Of a stretch of 64,000 nt of DNA, positions 55,061 through 64,000 are shown in pieces. The notes under the pieces were generated by a model, which was not told the origin of the DNA, made no database searches, and was given only the letters and a program-made list of their open reading frames with translations. The stretch lies in the NCBI RefSeq assembly GCF_009914755.1, contig NC_060926.1; one strand, given 5' to 3'. Both the position numbers and the translations under genes were made by a program. How positions within the stretch are numbered: the stretch's first letter is position 1; each line of letters begins with the position of its first letter. This DNA is from the human T2T-CHM13v2.0 reference genome, Homo sapiens.

Positions 55061-55722
55061 GGCTTTAAGTCAGCCAAATTGATAGCACCAACAGATCTAG
55101 ATGGTGTTTTCTTTTCTAGAACCTAGAATAGGTCTTTAGAGACAGATGGACGCTTGGTTTCCGAAAACTGTAAAACAAGGATGCAAGATGCAATATGCAC
55201 AGAGAATTAATGTCAGTTGTGTTTATGGCTTTTTTTTTCTTGCCAAAAAAGAGTGAGATTCCTTATTGTCATGTGGTGAAAGATGTGCTCTGTTTTCTTT
55301 AAAATCTAATCATACTTTTGGTAACAAAATGGAAAAATATGAACATTCCTTTTTTTTGAGAATTGATAAAAGCTTATCTATGAACTGACATTAAATAACC
55401 ATGATGTCAAAAAAACAAGACCATTTTTTGAGTGCTTATTATGTGCCAGGTGTTAACCTACCTTAGCCCTTTTATTTTTTCACGCTTCTCAGAGGTAGGT
55501 TTAGTGGGGACCATTTTGCAGGTGATGAAAGTGAGGCCCACACAAATGAAGTACATTTTCTAAAGTCATACCTCTAATTAGTGTAAGAAATAGAATTCCA
55601 AAGTTCAAAAGATACAAACTGACAAGTTACTATTTACATTGCAATTTTCATACCACTTCACATCAGTATTGGTAAGAATTTTACACAGGGTAAAGGTGTC
55701 ATGGTATAAACTACCTAACTGG

Positions 55723-56027
55723 TTTTTTAGTTGTTTGTTTGTTTTGTGACAGAGCCTCACTCTGTCGCCCAGGCTGGAGTGCAGTGGCACAATCTCAGTT
55801 CACTGCAACCTCTGTTTCCTGTGTTCAAGCGATTCTCCTGCCTCAGCCTCCTGAATAGCTGGGAATACAGGTGCCCGCCACCATGCTCAGCTAATTTTTG
55901 TACTTTTAGTAGAGATGGGGTTTTGTCACGTTGGCCAGTCTGGTCTTGAACTCCTAGGCTCAAGTGATTCGCCCACCTCGGCCTCCCAAAGTGCTGGGAT
56001 TACAGGCATGAGCCACCATGCCCGGCC
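55723..56027 (-). mobile_element. Alu (S/J) antisense
   Basis: (TTTG)n tail and full body; TSD-like cctaactg at 55714 and 56030. MIR pieces flank it at about 54100-54240, 55420-55600 and 56170-56330. Confidence 0.94.
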
Positions 56028-56407
56028 ATCCTAACTGTTCTTGAGGACTGATCCTGTGCGGGTTATCTGACTTGCATTGTTTGAGAGAGTCATTGAATCC
56101 TCACGGTCAGAACTCAGTGTGTATTGTTCTTGCTACTCCTTCATGAATCCATCTTAACACCCGTGCCGCCTCTATATTTCCATACCCATTGTAGAGGTAA
56201 AGAAAGTAAGGCTCAGAGTATGCAATTTTCCCACTATCTCACACAGCAAAGAAGTGCCAGAGCCAGGGACACACTGAAATGCTCTCGAATTCTAACGCCC
56301 ACATCTCTCCCACTTCTTCACACAGATTCCATCAATAATTAAAGACAGAAGAGAGCCTGTGGCTGTGCCTTCCAGACTCCTTTATTTACTTATTTTAAAA
56401 TAGAGTT

Positions 56408-56587
56408 AAGCCGGTCAGTAGCATGCACCTGTAGTCCCAGCTACTCAGGAGGTTGAGACAGCAGGATCGTGTGAACCTAGGAGTTCAAGGCTGTAGTGAG
56501 CTATGATCAAATCACTGCACTCTAGCCTGGGAAACAGAGTGAGACCCTGTCTTAAAAATAATAATAATAATAACAACAATAATAATA
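56408..56587 (+). mobile_element. Free right Alu monomer (FRAM-like) with (AAT)n tail
   Basis: agccggtcagtagcatgcacctgtagtcccagc...gaccctgtct; TSD aatagagtt at 56399 and 56587. Confidence 0.85.
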
Positions 56588-59160
56588 ATAGAGTTGACCA
56601 AAGTCAGAAGTAGGTAAGGAAGGAACCAGGCAGGTAGACTCCGGTCTTGTGAATGCCCGGTGGCTGAATGTCCAGAAGTTTCTGCCACAAAGAAGGGAGG
56701 CCAATACCTTGGGTGTTGAGGCTGCAAAAGGAATACCATAGCATTTCATGCAGAAAACTACACATGGATTCAGGGAAAGAAGATTTGGATAAAAAAGGAT
56801 TGGACCTTTGACGTGAAATATGAGCTCCGAAAGGCTCACAAGTGGCCAGGGTTACTAAATAATTAATCAAGAGCAGGTGGGTGGCAGTTTGAAATGTAAA
56901 TGGGATGGAGGAAGGTGTGATGCTGTCATTCAGGAGAGGCTGATGTGGCTGGAGCTCTGAGCCACTGTACCAGCTCCCGGGAAGGCATGGGCGCAAAGGA
57001 GCAGCGAGGCCGTCCGACAAAGGGCCCCAGAATCCCTAATTCTTGCCTTTGACCTGCGGTTCACTTTCATGTCCCTGTCCCTAAAGAGATGTTAAAAAAT
57101 GATGAAGAACTGGCTAGGCATGAGGGGGGGGAAGTGAAGCCAACTAAAGAAATGTTACCTGTGTCAGGCAGCAGCAGACACACTTGAGAACACCTTCAAT
57201 TTTCCTTACATTTTCCTGCTTCTTGAAAGAAAAATGCATCTTTTGTCTGTCCTCTCCCCCTTTCTTCCCAAATTCTCTAGAGTTCTTCCTGCAAGTGGTT
57301 CTGTGTGACTCAAAGGCAGACAACAGCTGCAAGCAAAGGAACAAAAAAGAAGACTGACAATAGGAAAAGGGGCAGGTGAGAGAGACTGCCTTTACCTTAT
57401 CAAACCAGAAAATGCCGTGGCTTAAATAGCAAGAAAATAAAGTCTGCAGAAGATGAAATGTCTCTTTTCTGACTAAACAGTGATCAAAAATCTCTGTTCT
57501 AGAAAAATATGACTGCTTGGCATTCAAATCACAGTGTCTTAGATCCGGAAGTAACGCTCATGCCTAGCATAGCCTGGTACTTACTTAGTGGGTGCTAGAT
57601 GTATATTCATTCTTTTTTTGTGTCCCTTTTCTTGTCTATTACACCTTCCTGCACAGGCCAGCCAGCCTCCCCTTAAATTGGCTAGTCTCTCCAAGCTTCA
57701 GTGTAAGCTCTGGAAAGCAGAGACAACTCTGGTGCCCACCTGGTAGGGCTGTGCATGTCAAGGGCTGAGCCCATGCCTGGCACGGGCATGAGCTGGTGTA
57801 GTGATTGTTGTGTTTGTTATTCCAGACTTAGGAAGCAAGATGTGCACCACTTGGTTTTGTGGGGAAACTGCCAACACTTCTGGGCAGCAAAAGCACAGGG
57901 TTCCAGGCAGGGGTGGCAGGAGAGGCAGCTAGTGAGGAGGGTGGGCCAGGGCGTCTGCTGTGTGAGGAGGGACTTGCTGAGGCCTGTGGAGGTTGAAGGG
58001 GGGAGGCAAGGGTGGCACAGCTCCCACTGGAGAGCAGGCTCAGGAGGTCCTCACTAGGTACCCTGAGGATAGGCGTGGAGGGAGGGAGTGGAGAATGTAA
58101 AGGACCCTGAGGAGTGGGGCCATTTGTGCTCCCCAACACCACCTCACTGCCTAGGCCAGGGGCAAGGGGGCTGGGAGGGGTAGGGGCCACACTGCCAGCT
58201 CCTTCAGAGGCTAAGTCTGTGGAGGAGGTTTTTAGCAGCCCGGAGGTAGAACCGGCGTTTTCTGCTTCTTCTCCCTCCTGACAGCTGCTCCCCACCTCCT
58301 GCCCCTTTCCTTCCTCTCCATTCCTCTCTCTCCCCGTCTCCCTTTCTCCTCTCCCTTGCTTTAGCTTTCTTACCTTCCCTTGCAGAACAAAATCAGAAAC
58401 GAGTCCCTCCCCTAGAAGTCTCCACCCACCATATGGGCATTTCCATTCATTTTTCTGACATTTCTGCATTTTGCAGGAGGTTGTGACCATGCAGGCCAGG
58501 GCCAGGGGCAGGAGCAAGGGCAGCTGAAAGGAGGCAAGGGCAGCTCTGCGTGGTTCTAGGGGGTTCTGCTCCCATCCCACCTCCCTGTCTTCACCCTGCT
58601 GCACCCACGCCCGTTACTTCAGATATTGGCCAAATGGAAATCTGTTGACTTGCACAGCTCTGGCTCCTTTCTGAATAGGATCTCATAAAAACACACAAAA
58701 GTAATCCGTAATGGAAATAAAAATAGAATAGAGCCAAGTGCTGCAGCTTTTCCTCTTATGTAGTACAAATTGCTATGATGCACACATTGTTTCAAATTTA
58801 AAATCCTGGTTCTTAATGCCTTTCCATTCAGGGAGACAATATCACTTAACTCTTAAGTTCACGGACACTTCCTTTCCAAGAATTTATTACATGTGGTGTG
58901 TATTTCTTTAGGAAGTTTATCTGCTTCATAATTTTAAGAGTCTATAGGCCAGGACTTCTAAAACTTGGCAATTTAACTATTTCTGCTATAAAATATACAT
59001 ACAGAAATTGTATCAGCTAGAAAAATATTAATTTTGAGAAATCAAAAGCTAAGTTAGATTTGATTTGGGGAATATTTTCCAAACAAAAGAAAATAATCCT
59101 AAAGTCAAAACTCTGAGCTTTTTATTATATTGCAAGGAAAGCATATAGAGGAATTGGGTT

Positions 59161-59166
<6 letters not shown>

Positions 59167-59195
<29 letters not shown>
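59167..59195. repeat. (TG)n microsatellite
   Basis: About 14 GT units. Confidence 0.95.
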
Positions 59196-59196
<1 letters not shown>

Positions 59197-59787
59197 TTCT
59201 CAAAGAACTGTAGATTTACACACAGAGCATTGTAACCAACTTCATCCCCATCTAGTATGCAGTGAGAAGCTTGCAGCTTAACCTTGAGTGAGGAGGATTT
59301 AAGTTCAATATCAAAAAAAGAGTTCCTGGCAATAAGGGTTGTAAGGACACTTGTAGAGGTTGCCTAGAGGGACTGGCCCACCCTTCCCTGGAGAGCTGTG
59401 CCACTTGTGTAGATTCAGTCTGAGATGACAGCCAGGAGAAAATTTCCCAGGTTATCTTATCCCAAAAACCCTCCCCAGGACCGCCTGGACTTACACGTGG
59501 GTTAAAGGGTAGATTGAGTGTACCAAGGCCAAAGGCCAGCCCAGACACTTGCCAGCATGGGATCTTGAGCAAGTCATATGCTCAGAATCAATTTTTCAGC
59601 TACAGGAGAAACATGGTAAGAACCGTACATCCCTCCTAGGTTTGTGGTGAGGCTAAAGAGGGTGGAAAAGTGCCTAACAGTGTGGAGCCTCCTACAAGTG
59701 TTGGTCACTACTAGGTGCTGCATGAAATTCACAGATGGAAGGTCATGATCCCTTTTTAATCCAAAGGGATTAAAAACCTGCAGAAGT

Positions 59788-60029
59788 CCAAGATGAGCAG
59801 ATCACAAGGTCAGGAGTTCGAGACCAGCCTGGCCAATATGGTGAAACACCATCTCTACCAAAAATACAAAAATTAGCCGGACATGTTGGCGGGAGCCTGT
59901 AGTCCCAGCTACTCAGGAGACGGAGGCAGGAGAATAGCTTGAATGAGGCAGAGGTTGCAGTGAGCTGAGATGTTCCATTCCATTCCAGCCTGGGCAACAG
60001 AGTGAGACTCCATCTCAAAAACAAAAATG
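59788..60029 (+). mobile_element. AluS, 5'-truncated, with TSD
   Basis: Starts at ccaagatgagcagatcac. TSD aaaaacctgcaga(a/g)gt at 59772 and 60030. Confidence 0.94.
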
Positions 60030-60718
60030 AAAAACCTGCAGAGGTACTAATAAAGTTTGCAAGTCCTTGGTCTAAGTTGCAATTTTTTTCTCCACACCTG
60101 AGAAATCTGTTAAGTTGTACAAATAAATAATTCAAAGGCCAAAGTACCACATATCTCATCTTAGGTGATCAACAAGTTCACGCCAAGCCCCAACAGCCCA
60201 GCGCTAAGGAAGGCCACAGTGTCCATGTGAGCAGTGACTCCCAGCTAAACTTAGACTCAGTATCTGTCCATACAGAGGATCAAACATCCCAGAGTTCCAC
60301 CTCGAGGAACTTCCCTGATTGACCCCATGAGTGGACTCCTCAGTAACATTCCCGCTGTGAGAAAGCCTGCCAGACCTATCAGGGTCTTCATGCCAGAAAG
60401 GATGCAGCTCCAGGAAGCCCTGGCTCTCGTGGCCAACTCTGAGGTGGCAACCCCTCAAAATCTGACCAGAGAAAAGGCCAGTGCAGCAGTGCAGGCCTCA
60501 TGAGCAAGCACCACCACCGACTTGCCTTAGGAATGCACTTCCTCTTTCCCCTCAACCTCCCTATCGTTAACTGACTGAAAGCCACACTCACAACGAGAAC
60601 AATATCTGGGTATCTCTGGTCATCATTTCGCTTTCCTCTGAAGCTGGAATAATTATCCTACAGGTATCAGCTGTGGCAGAAGGTGGCCGGAGTTTGTGCT
60701 ACAAGAATATTCCCAGGG

Positions 60719-61222
60719 GTTGCAGTGAACCGAGATCACATCACTGCACTCCAGCCTGGGAGACAGAGCAAGACTCCATCTCAAAAAAATTAAAAATAAT
60801 AAAAAAAAGAAAGACAAATATCACATGTTCTCATTCATATGTGGGAGCTATAAAGGTGACTTCATGGAGGTAGAGGATAGATGATGGTTACCAGAGGCTG
60901 TGGCTGGGAAGGGTAGAGGGGAAGGAGGGATTAAAAATGGGTTGATTAAGGGGTACAAAAACACAATTAGATAGAAGAAATTAGATCTGGTGTTCCATAG
61001 CACAATAGGGTGGCTATAGTTAACAATAATTTATTGCATATTTTGAAATAACTAGAAGAGTAGAATTGAATGTTCCTAACACAAGGAAATGATAAATGTT
61101 TAAGGTGATAGATATCCCAATTACTATGATTTGATAGTAATTGTATGCTTGTATCAAAATATCACATGTACCCCATAAATATGTACAACTATGATGTATT
61201 CATAAAAATTAAATTAAAAAAA
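60719..61222 (+). mobile_element. Composite insertion: Alu 3' fragment (60719-60809) plus L1MA-class 3' end (60810-61222)
   Basis: gttgcagtgaaccgagatc...actccatctc with an A tail, joined to gaaagacaaatatcacatgttctc...cataaaaattaaattaaaa. Flanked by aagaatattcccaggg / aagaatatgtccaggg. Confidence 0.88.
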
Positions 61223-63279
61223 AAGAATATGTCCAGGGATATAACCTCAGAGGTAAGGTAGTATCTGGATGAGAACTTACTGGGCACAATAAGTGCCGCA
61301 CCCATCTTGAGGATGGAACCGAGGACAAAGCTGGTCTATCTTGTCCCCACTCACCATCCCTTCCCTGTTGCTGGTGTCTTTCTACAACATAAGTCTCAGG
61401 CCCCTGAAATGGCAAGAAACCTCCAATTTACAGGAGCCACAGGACCCACCTCCAACACCTGGTAGGATGAGCCCCCCCAATTCCCAGCCCATAGACACAG
61501 GGAGGCCTCATCTTCTGGAATCCAAGTACAGTACAACCTACCATCTTCCACCAGAGCCATCTCAGGTGTCTCACTCTCATCACTAAGAATTTAAAATATG
61601 ATGTCTTTTTTGCATAAAGTAAAATTCAGGAAAAATAAAAATGTTTATGGTCTACATATTTTTAGGAGTTACATGTGAAATATACATATACAGAATGTCT
61701 TCAGTACACAGGAAGGAAGGGTAGCAAAATGCTTTCTTGGTGGCATTGCCTCCTCCAACTACTCACAAAATAGTGAAAAATGAACACCCTGCTAGATCCT
61801 TTCCTGAGGATATGTGTGGAAAGGATAGAGGACTATGTCTGTCTCTCAACCTCAATCCAGGACACCAACTGCATGCACATGGCCTCAGATGCCATCTCTC
61901 TGGGCCAGCCTCTGTCCGTCCTGGGCTGGTAGATGGTTCCTCAGCCCCAGCCTGGCAGGGTCAGCTCCAGCTGGAGAGACAACTACTGCTCAAACTTAAA
62001 TGAGGGAGGTTATGTTCAAAGCACTCCACCACCTGAACTGAGGTTTTTGCTCCTGAAATTACTAGATTGATGTTTGCATTCCTAAAGCTTGATGACTGCA
62101 TATTGCTTATCACTGTTATAGAGAAAAGATATTCCTGACACATGCCATAACCTACCTGAATGTGAGACATTTCCATTTAGAAAGAGCCCGTGAACTCAGC
62201 CCTGGCCCTCTCTCTACCTGGTACCTCTTCCTTGAGCTTCCCCAAAACTCACACTCCTTTGCCAAAGTGCCTAAAAAGAGTAGAAAATGAAATGATTAAA
62301 ACTGAAGAACTCAGGAGGAGGGCATGGGCCACAATATAACATGTTCTGTACTCAGAATCCAAATATCAGAGTTCAAAAACCACACTCACCCATGACCAGC
62401 TGTGCGACCAGGAACCAGCCTTTTTACCTGAGTCCCAATTTTCCATGCTTATAGCACAAAGGTTCCCAAATTCTCTCTGCCTTCCACGGATCTAGAGGTA
62501 AGGCTTAGATAAGATAAAGCACTTGACAGTCCCCAGACCAGGCCCTGCCCCCGCACAAAGTGCTCAGTGCAGGTTGATTGTAAAGTACTGAGGGAGCATC
62601 TGGTAAAATCACACCACTGATGACAGCAATCAGGGGTTTAACGCTGCTAAAAAGTCTGCACCAACCTGTAAAAGAGATGGCAAGATCCTCGCTCTTCTCT
62701 GAAGCCACACCCTTTGCCTGTGCCTGGAGCTTGCTCTCTGCGGGAGAACCTGGAGCTGATCTCCAGAATACAGCTTCTCTCGGCCTTTTAAACCAGGGCC
62801 CAGAGAGGCACTACCAGAATACCAGATTACCGGGGAGGCAGGGCAGCCGAGGCTCCAAAATGGAGGAGGAGCCCCTTGCTCACAAACCAGGACCTGCTGC
62901 CTGCCTAGAAGGGCTCTAGCAAGAGACGAAACCCCTTAAGCCACAGTCGGGGAAAAGGATCAGACAGTGAGCTCCTCTCCGGCCCAAAGCGCAGTGAGGA
63001 CAGGGACAACACATGGATAGGAGTGCTCTCCTGTGACCAGGACAGAGCTTGGCACTAGGAGGTGCTCACCAAGTACTGAAGAATGCCTGAATGCCCTAGG
63101 CAGAGGAGGTGTCGCATATGCCAGCCCCAGGGCACTGATGGGAGAGCCACAGAAAGCCCAGGATGCAACTGTCCCACAGCAGTGGGGCTAGAAGTAGAGG
63201 GAGGAGGGCCTCCAGGGGAGAGAAGTCGCCAGAGAGCCTCTGTTTGCTTCCTGCCACTGCCCACAGCCAGCCCTGCAGC

Positions 63280-63580
63280 AGCGTTTTTGGCTCCCTTCCT
63301 CAGCCACATTGCGGAACAGGCAGGCCCGGCTGTGGCACAGTCTGAAATGCCCAGGCACAGCACGACTGCTAAATTCTCGCACTCCCTGGACTCAGCTCAG
63401 CCCCACACCGCTCATTCTTACTCTCCAGTTCTGGGGACAGATTTTACAGCCCGTTCGCGTCTTCCCAAGCCTCGCTCAGATCTGGGCACGTGGCACAGGA
63501 AAAAGCGCCGCTGAGCGGATCTAAAGAACAGCGGGTGTCGGGGAGCCGGAAAGCAGGAATCATCTCAGCAATCCGTCTCT
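63280..63580. promoter_or_regulatory. Small CpG-rich element
   Basis: About 18 CpGs in 300 bp of GC-rich non-Alu sequence. Confidence 0.35.
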
Positions 63581-63649
63581 GGATTGGGAGGAAGAACATG
63601 TTCCTAAACACATTTGCTCACTGCTAGGGAGGCGGCGCCTCTTCTGAGG

Positions 63650-64000
63650 GAAGCCACTCCCTCTTCCCACAGCCTGCTCCTGGCTTTATTGCTCCTCTCA
63701 GTCACTGTCACTGCCGTCACCTCCTCATCAAAATCTACCCCCTTCTCCCTCTCTTGTTCTCTCCCCTCAGCCCTGCCTATCTTATTAACACTTTCCAAAC
63801 ACGTCTCTAATCCACTCCTCTCCCTCTCCCCAGCTCCAGGACACCCTCACAGCTGCGTCTGTGGACTGCTTCAGTATCCTCCCTGCTGACCCTGTGGCCC
63901 ACAGCTCACCAGCTTCTGTCCTTCCTTCTAATCCGTACACCAAGATGTCCCAAAATGTTCTTTGTGAAGAGTAAATCTAACAGTGCCTTCCGACGGCTGA
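63650..64000 (+). mobile_element. L2 fragment
   Basis: Pyrimidine-rich tttccaaacacgtctctaatccactcctctcc...tggactgcttcagtatcctccc...gtaaatctaa, typical of L2. Confidence 0.55.

Noticed and set aside
57828-58604. Longest ORF (258 aa, minus strand)
   Set aside because: Low-complexity Pro/Ser/Gly/Glu translation of GC-rich, purine-skewed DNA, with a non-ATG start and no recognisable domain or exon structure.

Overview
This is primate (probably human) nuclear DNA, intronic or intergenic. I found no recognisable protein-coding exon, tRNA, rRNA or CRISPR array, and I cannot assign the locus to a gene. The supplied ORFs are translations of Alu, L1, ERV and simple repeats, or chance ORFs. About half the window is interspersed repeat: about 14 Alu copies or fragments, a near-full-length rearranged L1MA (18421-26340, minus strand), a decayed ERVL provirus nested in an L1ME (about 29435-34840), THE1/MLT1/LTR16-type LTRs, MER91, MIR and L2. 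The most notable structures are: (1) a gap-free 191-bp inverted duplication of apparently unique DNA (183/191 identical, 279-bp spacer) at 40811-41471; (2) an Alu 3' fragment plus L1MA 3' end enclosed by one shared target-site duplication at 60703-61238; (3) an inverted copy of the L1 5' region inside its own ORF1 region and an in-frame ORF2 deletion; (4) a perfect 17-bp hairpin at 4777-4817; (5) an 8.5-kb repeat-poor block with homeodomain/FOX motif clusters and plus-strand splice signals; and (6) small orphan CpG-rich islands at about 54.7-55.1 kb and 63.3-63.6 kb. Subfamily names come from recalled consensus sequences, not from a RepeatMasker run. Boundaries of old repeats are approximate.
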